DNA of 57,380 nucleotides from a virus: IMG/VR virus record IMGVR_UViG_3300005077_000022, positions 1 to 57,380 of that record; one strand, 5' to 3'. Shown piece by piece: positions 40,455 to 48,771 of this stretch (position 1 is its first letter; each line of letters starts with the position of its first letter). The notes under the pieces were generated by a model. It saw only the letters and a program-made list of their open reading frames with translations, ran no database searches and was not told where the DNA came from. The position numbers and the translations under genes were made by a program.

Positions 40455-41798
40455 TCAGTGGGTGGAGGCGCGGGCCTCGTCACGCTCCTGCTGACGCAGT
40501 TCCGGGTTCTGCCGTCGCACGGCAACGCGGGCCGCTTCGAGCGTGAGGGACGGGTCCTTCTCCATCGCGGCCTTGGCCAGCGCGGCGATCTGCTCGCGGG
40601 CCGTGCCGGTGACGTCCTGTCCCCGGCCCAACTCGGTGAACGCACCGGCGATGGCGGTGTCCGCCGCCTTGAGCACGCGAAGGACTTCCGCCATGTCCGT
40701 CTCGGACAGGGCCTCTGCGGCGCGCTTGAGCAGGGGGCCGAAGGCGTCGGCCTTCAGCGGCAGGTTGCGGAAGTCCCCGGCCTTCGCCACCCACTCCCGT
40801 TCCAGCCGCAAGTCCCGCTCGGCGGCGGCGGTGGCCTCGGCGGCGGCGGCGCGCTTCTCCAGCATCTCCATCCGCTTCCGCAAGTCGGCCTTCTCCACGT
40901 CGTCCCCCGTGGGGGTGTCCGTGGTGGGCGGGTCCCCCGTGGGGATGTCCGTGGTGGGCGGGTCGCCGGCAACGGGCGGCGTGTCGTGCTTGATGGCGGT
41001 ATCGGTCATCGGTGCTCCTTCGGTGGCGGGATCGTCGGTGACCGCATCGTCCACCTCGGCCAGTAGTGCGTTCAGGCCCTCCAGTGACGCCTTGAGTTGG
41101 GCGAGGCGTGCGGCGGTCATCTTGCGACCCACTTTGTCGATGTTCACGGCGTCCTCCTTCGTCACCCACCCATCGGGCAGGGCATCCGTCAGGCCAAGGG
41201 CTTTGGCGCGGCGAACGATGTGCGCCTTGACCGCGCCCGGATTCTTGGCGCGGCCGTAACTCTGCACGGCGTTCCGCAAGTCGGCGGCGGTGGCGATGGG
41301 ATAGCTCCCATCGGGCATGGCCTTCCCCTCTTCGGCCAACTCCTCTCGTCGCTCTTGGGAGAACTGGCGCTTGGTTGCGTCGGCGGTTGATTTCTCCACA
41401 GTCAGGTCGGAATTGTCGAACGACCGCGTCTTTCCAGACGACAATTCCACAACGGAGTGCGTGCCGGACGGGGAGATGGACTGCACGGTGCCCCGGCCAC
41501 CGCCCACGTTACGACTGACACGCACACGGGACCCGGTGGAAATCTTGTTCCCCTTGGCATCCGTTGGGGTGAATCGTGGCCGCTCACTGCTTTCGCCGCG
41601 TGCTCCATCCCCACCAGCAGGCCCACCACCGCCCCCTTCGCCGAACCGCCCTCGTTCGTCGCGTGGCTGGTCGGGGTCGTACTTGGCCACGGGGTCTGTC
41701 CCGTCCCGTTTCCACAGGACGATGTCCGCCTCGGTGCACGCCCCCTTGTCCACGAATCCCACGGACACGATCTCGTCCAGCAACAGCCGCGTGCTCAT
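40455..41798 (-). CDS. Capsid scaffolding-like protein (carries the last conserved strand of the protease domain at its N-terminus)
   Basis: ATG 41798 in ATGA overlap. MSTRLLLDEIVSVGFVDKGAC..., VAKYDPDQPRDERGRF motif, DGSYPIATAADLRNAVQSYGRAKNPGAVKAHIVRRAKALG, C-terminal coiled coil. Confidence 0.6.
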   Translation of the reverse strand: MSTRLLLDEIVSVGFVDKGACTEADIVLWKRDGTDPVAKYDPDQPRDERGRFGEGGGGGPAGGDGARGESSERPRFTPTDAKGNKISTGSRVRVSRNVGGGRGTVQSISPSGTHSVVELSSGKTRSFDNSDLTVEKSTADATKRQFSQERREELAEEGKAMPDGSYPIATAADLRNAVQSYGRAKNPGAVKAHIVRRAKALGLTDALPDGWVTKEDAVNIDKVGRKMTAARLAQLKASLEGLNALLAEVDDAVTDDPATEGAPMTDTAIKHDTPPVAGDPPTTDIPTGDPPTTDTPTGDDVEKADLRKRMEMLEKRAAAAEATAAAERDLRLEREWVAKAGDFRNLPLKADAFGPLLKRAAEALSETDMAEVLRVLKAADTAIAGAFTELGRGQDVTGTAREQIAALAKAAMEKDPSLTLEAARVAVRRQNPELRQQERDEARASTH

Positions 41799-42232
41799 GC
41801 CGTTTCTCGTCGCCCCCGGCCCACGATGGAGAACTGCGTGCGGTCGCCGCGCTTTACGGCGTCCCACAGCCGGTCCCCTTCCGGCGTCGGCGGCACGTAG
41901 TAGCCCACGAACGCGCCCACCACCGGGGTGTCCGGGGACGCGGGAGCCAACTTCATCAGGGCCAACTTCTCCGGGGTGACCACCACCAACTCCACCAGCT
42001 TCGCCACGCCGAAGTCCCGGTGCATATCGTCGGCGTCCCGGTGGCGCAGGGCGTACTTGTGGAAGGCGTCCTCGAAGGCCCGCACCGATTCCGGTGAGTC
42101 GAACACGTCCCCTTGGGTGTCGTACGGCAGGGAGCCATCGGCGCGCTGTGCCACGGAGGCCCAGCCCCACACCAAGCGGCGGTCTGGCTCGGCCTTGCAC
42201 ACTCCGGTCATCACAACCGCGTTCTGCTCCAC
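41795..42232 (-). CDS. XkdF-type prohead protease domain protein
   Basis: KAEPDRRLVWGWASVAQRADGSLPYDTQGDVFDSPESVRAFEDAFHKY...QFSIVGRG fits the XkdF/S78-like pattern. Start GTG 42232 or ATG 42211. Confidence 0.6.
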   Translation of the reverse strand: MEQNAVVMTGVCKAEPDRRLVWGWASVAQRADGSLPYDTQGDVFDSPESVRAFEDAFHKYALRHRDADDMHRDFGVAKLVELVVVTPEKLALMKLAPASPDTPVVGAFVGYYVPPTPEGDRLWDAVKRGDRTQFSIVGRGRRETA

Positions 42233-42301
42233 GCGCTCACGCTACGCCGCCGGGGAGAGGTGGCCAAGGAACGGATGGGGTGGTGTACGCCGCAAACGTC
42301 G

Positions 42302-42514
42302 TCACCTCGCGTACATCCGGTGCGATACGGACTGGACCAGCCGCTTAGAGACGCCGAATTGCCGGGCGACAGCCTGATAGGTGCCCCCGGCGTCCAGTGC
42401 ATGGCAGATGGCCGCGTTTCGGGTCCACCGCGTCAGGTCAGCGGCGCGTAGCCGGGGCACTCGTGACCCGGCGTACCGGGTGGACAACGCCAACGCCACC
42501 GCCGGCCCGCACAC
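42302..42514 (-). CDS. Small HTH DNA-binding protein
   Basis: C-terminus RNAAICHALDAGGTYQAVARQFGVSKRLVQSVSHRMY is a helix-turn-helix. GTG 42514 is the first start not overlapping muF; the ORF track start is 42664. Confidence 0.45.
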   Translation of the reverse strand: MCGPAVALALSTRYAGSRVPRLRAADLTRWTRNAAICHALDAGGTYQAVARQFGVSKRLVQSVSHRMYAR

Positions 42515-42548
42515 CTCCAGCAGTGCCCGGCGTGTCAGGCGCGGGCGC

Positions 42549-43442
42549 TTAGGACTCGAAGGCTTCACCGTCCGGGGAGACGCTGACGCCGCATCGGCAG
42601 TTCGGATGCGGCGGTTCATCGTCACCGATCTCCTCCCCGTCCGGGCCGACGAACGACCCGTCATACGGCACCGTCTGCCCCCCGAGAAACTCGCACACCG
42701 GGCACGGGTCTGGGGACGGGTCCCACGTCTTCGTGGCCTCGTCGGTCATCAGCCCGTCCGCCCGCATCTGCTCGAATCCGGCCTTGGCCCCCGCGAACGC
42801 GGCCATCGCCATCTCGGTGCGGGCGATGTCCAGCGCCCGGTGCTGCACCAGCTCTTGGGTGTACCGCTCCGCTTCCCGGCGGATGTCGGCGGGTGAGTAG
42901 CCCCGTTCCTCCATCTCGGCCATGCGGTTGCCCACGGCGGTGGCGTACCGCTCCGTCAGTCCCACCCGCTCCTGTACCTGCCGGGCGATCTCCAGTGCGG
43001 GCCACCCCTGTTGGTTGGCGGTGAGCAGGGTGGCCCGGACCCCGGCCTCGGTGTTGGCACTGATCTCGGTGATCCGTTCCGCGCCTCGCGTCTCCAGAAA
43101 CTCCCGCCGCGCCGGGTCGGCGATGTCGAATCGGGTACGCCCCCGGCGGTCCACGTTCGCCAACGTCTGCACGCTGGCCACGGCGGCACTGCCTGCCTCC
43201 CCGGCCACCCGGTACAGTTGCCGCAACACCGCCTGCTCCACGATGGGATGACCCAGTTCCCGCCACGGCACCGCTCGGGCCGCGCCGGTCCAGTCCCCAC
43301 GGCGCACGGCCTCCACCACCCGCCCCACGGGAATCCCGGCGCGGGTCGTGGCGATGGCTTGGAGGATGGCCCGGCGCACGGCGGGTTCTCCCCGGCGGGC
43401 TAGTGTCTCAAGCTGGATGCGGAGGCGTGGGGGGCTAGGCAT
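42549..43442 (-). CDS. MuF-like / SPP1 gp7-family head morphogenesis protein
   Basis: ALDIARTEMAMAAFAGAKAGF...KTWDPSPDPCPVCEFLGGQTVPYDGSF...PPHPNCRCG is the Phage_Mu_F signature. Confidence 0.85.
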   Translation of the reverse strand: MPSPPRLRIQLETLARRGEPAVRRAILQAIATTRAGIPVGRVVEAVRRGDWTGAARAVPWRELGHPIVEQAVLRQLYRVAGEAGSAAVASVQTLANVDRRGRTRFDIADPARREFLETRGAERITEISANTEAGVRATLLTANQQGWPALEIARQVQERVGLTERYATAVGNRMAEMEERGYSPADIRREAERYTQELVQHRALDIARTEMAMAAFAGAKAGFEQMRADGLMTDEATKTWDPSPDPCPVCEFLGGQTVPYDGSFVGPDGEEIGDDEPPHPNCRCGVSVSPDGEAFES

Positions 43443-45717
43443 CGAGGTCCGCCGTCACGTCCGGTGTCCGCTTCGGCCAGTCGGCGTTCGCGAGGTCTTC
43501 GTCAAGGCGCAGAACCTTGCGGCGTCGATCCGCCCGCTTCATCGCTTCAGCCAACCACTCTTCGTCGGGCTTGCGTTCCCAGTTGTAGGCACGCACGGTG
43601 CGGTAGCCGCCGAACACCACCACCTCCCGCTCCGGGAGACATCCGTTGCCGGTGAACGGCAGCGAGAACACTTCCCGCGCAGGCACCTTCGCCATCAACA
43701 CCAATCCATCCCTGCCACCCTCGGCGAATCCCGTTGCAACGTCGTCTCGGGTGGTGAACGAGGACAAGGGCGCAAGTTGCGTGGTGATTGTGGCCGCTTG
43801 GCGAGCCGGAATGTCATGTATGCCGGTTTCGCGGTCTGCGGCAGTGGGCCGGTAGCCTCGCAGCAGCGTCAGTTCCGAGATGCCGCGTTCCGCCAGATAC
43901 GCCTGCGTGGCCTCGTACTGTGCCTCCAGCACGGCGCGGACGGCCGGATTCTTGGCCACCAATTCGGCAGTCGCCCACGTTTGATCGGGCACCCGGTAGT
44001 GTTCAACGGTGGCGTTGCTTGCCAAGCCCCGGTCCATGAACTGCTCGTACGCGGCCAGTTGCACGCCGATGGACAAGGGCCGGGCATCACCGCTGGACAT
44101 GGCCCACTGATCCACTACGGCGCGACAGAGGCGGTTCTGCAATTCTTCGTCACTGCGCCCTGCCACACTTACATCCGTCCAGTTTGGTGCGCCACTGGCA
44201 ATGAACAGTGCCGCCCCCACTTCCAAGTCGCGGCGTGACACACCAGCCTGCGCCAGCTTCGCAGCCAGATTGCGCTGCACCGCCGCCTTGTACTCTGCGC
44301 GCTGCAGATCAAAGTCCGTGACCTGACCGAACAGTGCCGTATCCGCAACGGCGGTGTCGGCGAAGTGCGGGGTACTGGCCGCCGCAGCGGCATCTTCGCC
44401 AGCGGCCTCTCCCCCACCGCCACTGGTCCACTTCCCGCCCTCGTCTCGGGGCTGGTCAGGGTCGAACTTGGCGACGGCGGTGCGAGGGTGGTTCTTCGTG
44501 TCGTCCGTGCGCTTCGGCCAGTCGGCGTTCTTCAACTCGGCGTCCACGTCCAGCACCAGCCGTGCTTTGAACGCCTCTTCAAACCGCGTCGCGCTTGGTG
44601 CCGCAAGGGCTATACGCGCCGGTCGTGTGCCGCCCAACACAACCACCTCTCGTTCGCCCAAGCAGCCATTGCCCGTGCGAGGAAAGGAAAACACGTCTCG
44701 CGCTGCCACGGTGGTTACAAGCACCATGCCGTCGCCTGCATCGTTGGCAAAGGTGTTGGCGATGCGCAAGTTGGTCGTGAAGCTGGACAAAGGCTGGAGG
44801 CGGACGTCTCCCTCCACTGCTTGACCGACCGTCACGCCCTGTTGTTCAAACGCACGGTCTTGAGCATCCGTAAGGGCCACGCCACGGGCCAGCGTCAACT
44901 GCTCGATGCCCTGCTCCCGCAGGTACGTCTGCGTGGCGTCGTACTGCGCCTGCACCACGGCACGGATGGCCTCGTTGCCCGCCACCTTATCGGCGATGGG
45001 CACCAGATCTCGTGGAAGGAGAAGATGATTCATCACCGCTCCGTCTGGCATCTGGTCGCCGAACAGTTCGTTGGCGATCCGCTGGATGCCGATGGACCAC
45101 GGGTCGGTGTCCCCGCTGGTATCCGCCCACTGCTTCACGACCAAGTCCGCCAGTTGGTACGCCACCTCGTCAGTGTCCCACCATGTTTCCACCATCTGGC
45201 CGAACGCTAGAACGCCCTCCGACAGCACGTTCCGTGGGATGCCGGCGTCCATCAGCCGCTCGGTGATGTCGGTGGCCACGGCGTCCTTCAACGCACCGGA
45301 GTCGTACTCCTCCAGCAAGTTCTTGAACAGGGCATCGTGCGTGGCCTCCACGCCCGCAGCGGTGGGTCGTCCGGAGGGCAGAAGGGGTGCGGGGTCCCCA
45401 CCGCCATCCCCACCGCCGCTGGTCCACTTGCCCCCTTCGTCCCGTGGCTGGTCGGGGTCATACTTGGCGACGGGGGCGTGTTGGTTGGCGACCAGCTCGG
45501 ACAGGACGTTTACGACCTCATCCCATTTGGACCCGTCCGCCCGGATCACCCCCGACGAGAAGGCCGTCGCCGCTAGACCCTTGACATCTTCAAGCCCAAG
45601 AACCTCCAAGGTGGTGGTGTATTCCCCGCCCATCTCGTCACCCGCGAACGTCTGGATGTTGCCATGGGCAACGTCGTTCACGAACGTACTTAGGCGTGCT
45701 CGCTCGCTCGCTGTCAT
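43435..45717 (-). CDS. Virion-module protein with two tandem ADP-ribosyltransferase-like (R-S-E) modules
   Basis: Module 2: LTLARG ... LSSFTT ... CLGEREVVVLGG. Module 3: LTLLRG ... LSSFTT ... CLPEREVVVFGG. Each is preceded by VAK(Y/F)DPDQPRDEGGKWT and followed by NADWPKRT. ATGA overlap with the portal gene. Confidence 0.65.
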   Translation of the reverse strand: MTASERARLSTFVNDVAHGNIQTFAGDEMGGEYTTTLEVLGLEDVKGLAATAFSSGVIRADGSKWDEVVNVLSELVANQHAPVAKYDPDQPRDEGGKWTSGGGDGGGDPAPLLPSGRPTAAGVEATHDALFKNLLEEYDSGALKDAVATDITERLMDAGIPRNVLSEGVLAFGQMVETWWDTDEVAYQLADLVVKQWADTSGDTDPWSIGIQRIANELFGDQMPDGAVMNHLLLPRDLVPIADKVAGNEAIRAVVQAQYDATQTYLREQGIEQLTLARGVALTDAQDRAFEQQGVTVGQAVEGDVRLQPLSSFTTNLRIANTFANDAGDGMVLVTTVAARDVFSFPRTGNGCLGEREVVVLGGTRPARIALAAPSATRFEEAFKARLVLDVDAELKNADWPKRTDDTKNHPRTAVAKFDPDQPRDEGGKWTSGGGGEAAGEDAAAAASTPHFADTAVADTALFGQVTDFDLQRAEYKAAVQRNLAAKLAQAGVSRRDLEVGAALFIASGAPNWTDVSVAGRSDEELQNRLCRAVVDQWAMSSGDARPLSIGVQLAAYEQFMDRGLASNATVEHYRVPDQTWATAELVAKNPAVRAVLEAQYEATQAYLAERGISELTLLRGYRPTAADRETGIHDIPARQAATITTQLAPLSSFTTRDDVATGFAEGGRDGLVLMAKVPAREVFSLPFTGNGCLPEREVVVFGGYRTVRAYNWERKPDEEWLAEAMKRADRRRKVLRLDEDLANADWPKRTPDVTADLDA

Positions 45718-48700
45718 GATGCGCCCTTGACGAACACCGGGTCACACGCCCGAATCCGCTCCATGTAGGCCGCCACTTCCGGCTCGATTCGCGCCAGAAA
45801 CGTGCGGCCATGGTTGTCGAGATGGGATCGACTGTACGCTTCCGCGAAGTGCTCGGAGGCGTTGGTCTGTGCGTAGGCTGAAATGCGAGCGTTTTGCCCG
45901 TCGTTCGACAAAGCCTGCCACGTCTGCCGTGCCTCGTCGGTGAGGCGGTGGTGAAATACGTGGTGGCCGATTTCGTGAACAATCGTACCGTCGTGGGCGG
46001 GCGTGACCGGCTTTCCGTGGAACGTCGGGGCCTTGTTCAGCCGGATCTCCTTTGTGTCCTTGTTGTACGCCGCATTCACGTTTGGTGTGCGAAAACTGCG
46101 AGGGTGGTCCACGTAGATCGTCTGGAGTTCCTCCAGATGCGCCTGTGGAACCTCCGCACCCACAATGATGCCGACGACCTTGTCTTGCAATTTGCCGCAG
46201 ACGATTTGAGTCCCGGAACTCAAACGATCGTCCGTGACCATCACGGCGGGTGTGGCACCCCCGGCCGTCCACTTGCCCCCCTCGTCCCGTGGCTGGTCAG
46301 GGTCGTACTTGGCCACCGGGGGCAGGAGATCGTTGGTGCGCTTGGCCCAATCGGCGTTGTGCAACTCGCGGTCCGGGTAGATGGTGACGATGCCCTTCAA
46401 CAGACGCTCCCGGACGCCTCGGTAGTTCACACCGCCGTGCTCTTCGTCGTACCCCACCGCCACCGCTTTGACGGCGAGTGGCCCGCCCAAGATGACCACC
46501 TCGTGTTCCCTCACGCAGCCCACGCCTGATCGCGTGGACACGCTGAACACTCGGTTCGCCTGCACGCGGGCCATCATCACCACCCCGCGCCCGTCCATGT
46601 CACCGGACACGCCAAACTCGGTGGCATCTTCCAAGCGCGTCGAGAAGCTGGACAACGGCTGCAACAGCCCGCGCATGGGCACAGCGCGATCCTCGGGCAC
46701 GGCAACATCGTCCGAAACTACCATGCCACGCACCAGCGTCAGTTGCCGCACCCCGTCCTCGCGCAGCCCCGCTTGGGTATCGTCGTAGATCGCCTGCACG
46801 GCGGCGTGCACCACGCGGTTATCCGCGATTCGCGCCACCTTCTCCTCGAAGACCTGCGTCTGCACTGGACTGCCTCGGGGTGCGAGATGGTCCAACTCCG
46901 CGTTGTTCAGTTCGAACACTTCTTCGGCGACCCGTTGTAGCCCGACTGCTATGGCGTTGTGATCCCCGGACGTGGATGCCCACGACCGCTGGATTGCCGA
47001 CACAACCTCGTCTCCCACCTCCGGGGAATACCTGCGATCTTCCATTGGATCCTTCAGCAGGTCGGCGGCCTCCCGAATCTCGTCACGGGTGAATTTCTCG
47101 CTGAGCTTGGCCCCGATGCGCGCACAGGCGGCGGCCTTGATGCGGGACCGCACCCCCACGTTGTTTACCTGCACGCCGCCGAACAGCTTGGAGTCCGTGC
47201 GGGTCAACGCCGAGCCGGGCTTGCTGCCGACGTTGCCGCCGCTGACGGGATCCACCGTCCATTGGCCAGCGTCGTCGCGGGGCTGGTCGGGGTCGTAAGC
47301 CTTAGCGACGGGACGGCTTGCGCCAACGCCAGAAGTCCGGATCCGCCGGGTCCGCACGAAAGGGCGGGCGGTCCGCGCCAGACCTCCCCTCTTGGTCAGC
47401 GGTACATCCGTGTCCTCGGACGGTGTGGGACCACCGGCCGGGGTGGGCACGTCCGGGGCCTCTGGTGCAGGGGGGCGTTCGTCGGGGTCCGGGGGTGGTA
47501 GGGCAGCAGCCCGCAACAGCGTCGCCTCCAGTTCCGCGTTGGGGAACAGGGTCATGCCGCTGCTGGTCAACGCTTGGAGGTAGGCCCCCAACGCCGCCAG
47601 ATCCGGCTCGTCGATGTCCCCCCGCTGCAGGTGGGGCGTGGCGGTCAGGTCGAACCCGTTGAGCGCGCACAGGCGCGGGATGGCGATGCGGTTGATCACG
47701 TCAAGGATGGAGTCGATCCACCCGGCCAGCGCCAGTGCAAACACGTCCGTCTTGCTGGACGCCAACGCGAAGCTCCCCACCTTCTCGTGCCCCAGCAAGA
47801 TGAAGTCGGCCAGCATGGTCATGGCGATCCGCTGGTCGTACCGGGCCAGCACCCCGCCCGTGTCGAACTGGCGGCGACCGCCCGTGCTCAAGAGGGACAA
47901 CTCGTACAGCTTGTGCCCGTCCTTGTCGTAGGCCAGCGGCAGCAGTACCCCTTCCTGTTCGTCCCGGCGGATGGACCGGGTCAGTTGCTTGAGGGCTTCT
48001 CGTGTCTCGGCGTAGGGGCCGGTGGCGTTGACATCCACCACCTCCGGGGGCGCGCCGATGACCGGCAGGCCCGCGAGGTCGCGCTCGATGCCGATCCCCT
48101 CGATCTCCGCGATCCGCTTGGCGTAGTAGTACGACTGATAGGCGGCCCGCAGCACCGACCGCCCTTCCGGGTTGTTCCCCGCCGCTTCCGTGCGGAACAG
48201 GAGGAGCTTGTCGATGGGCAACTCCACCCGCCGGTTCACGGGCGGCACTTGCTGGAGCACCCCTTTCAGGCCCCCGTCGTCCCCGAACTGCCATTCCACC
48301 ACGGTGAGGGGCGGCCGGAACGCCCACTTGCGCCAGCCGATGAGGCCGTCCGTGTGCTGGCTGCGCTTGGACCCATCCTTTTCGTCCGGGCCGACGCGCT
48401 TCTTGTACACCACCTCGAACAGGGACCAGCCGTACACGAGCATGGACAGAATGTCGCTCATGGTATCCGTCCACGGCTGGCTCATGTCGTCCAGTGCGGT
48501 GCGGACCAACTCCACGGCGCGTTCGTCCGTGCCTTCCTTGGGACTGACGGTGAGTTCGATGCGGCGCAAGTACTGGCGGATGGCCAGCAGGCACGCGCCC
48601 ACCACGGCGTGTCCCTCGGCCATTTCCCTGAACTTCCGGCGGCCCTTCATTCCCCGGAGTTCGGGGAGGTATTCCTCCGTCAGCACCCCGCCGCTACGGG

Positions 48701-48770
48701 CCGGCTGGGACGACCCGAGTTCGTTGAACGCCTCTTTCGGTCCAGCGGGCTTCTTGCTCACCTCGGCCAT
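45714..48770 (-). CDS. Portal protein fused to an ART-like module and a C-terminal HExxH metallopeptidase-like domain
   Basis: The N-terminal ~470 aa are portal-like by position and size (…GRSVLRAAYQSYYYAKRIAEIEGIGIERDLAGLPV…). Then VAKAYDPDQPRDDAGQWT, LTLVRG...LSSFST...CVREHEVVILGG, NADWAKRT, VAKYDPDQPRDEGGKWT, VHEIGHHVFHH...SEHFAEAY. ATG 48770 lies 1 nt after the folE stop. Confidence 0.65.
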   Translation of the reverse strand: MAEVSKKPAGPKEAFNELGSSQPARSGGVLTEEYLPELRGMKGRRKFREMAEGHAVVGACLLAIRQYLRRIELTVSPKEGTDERAVELVRTALDDMSQPWTDTMSDILSMLVYGWSLFEVVYKKRVGPDEKDGSKRSQHTDGLIGWRKWAFRPPLTVVEWQFGDDGGLKGVLQQVPPVNRRVELPIDKLLLFRTEAAGNNPEGRSVLRAAYQSYYYAKRIAEIEGIGIERDLAGLPVIGAPPEVVDVNATGPYAETREALKQLTRSIRRDEQEGVLLPLAYDKDGHKLYELSLLSTGGRRQFDTGGVLARYDQRIAMTMLADFILLGHEKVGSFALASSKTDVFALALAGWIDSILDVINRIAIPRLCALNGFDLTATPHLQRGDIDEPDLAALGAYLQALTSSGMTLFPNAELEATLLRAAALPPPDPDERPPAPEAPDVPTPAGGPTPSEDTDVPLTKRGGLARTARPFVRTRRIRTSGVGASRPVAKAYDPDQPRDDAGQWTVDPVSGGNVGSKPGSALTRTDSKLFGGVQVNNVGVRSRIKAAACARIGAKLSEKFTRDEIREAADLLKDPMEDRRYSPEVGDEVVSAIQRSWASTSGDHNAIAVGLQRVAEEVFELNNAELDHLAPRGSPVQTQVFEEKVARIADNRVVHAAVQAIYDDTQAGLREDGVRQLTLVRGMVVSDDVAVPEDRAVPMRGLLQPLSSFSTRLEDATEFGVSGDMDGRGVVMMARVQANRVFSVSTRSGVGCVREHEVVILGGPLAVKAVAVGYDEEHGGVNYRGVRERLLKGIVTIYPDRELHNADWAKRTNDLLPPVAKYDPDQPRDEGGKWTAGGATPAVMVTDDRLSSGTQIVCGKLQDKVVGIIVGAEVPQAHLEELQTIYVDHPRSFRTPNVNAAYNKDTKEIRLNKAPTFHGKPVTPAHDGTIVHEIGHHVFHHRLTDEARQTWQALSNDGQNARISAYAQTNASEHFAEAYSRSHLDNHGRTFLARIEPEVAAYMERIRACDPVFVKGAS

Positions 48771-48771
48771 G

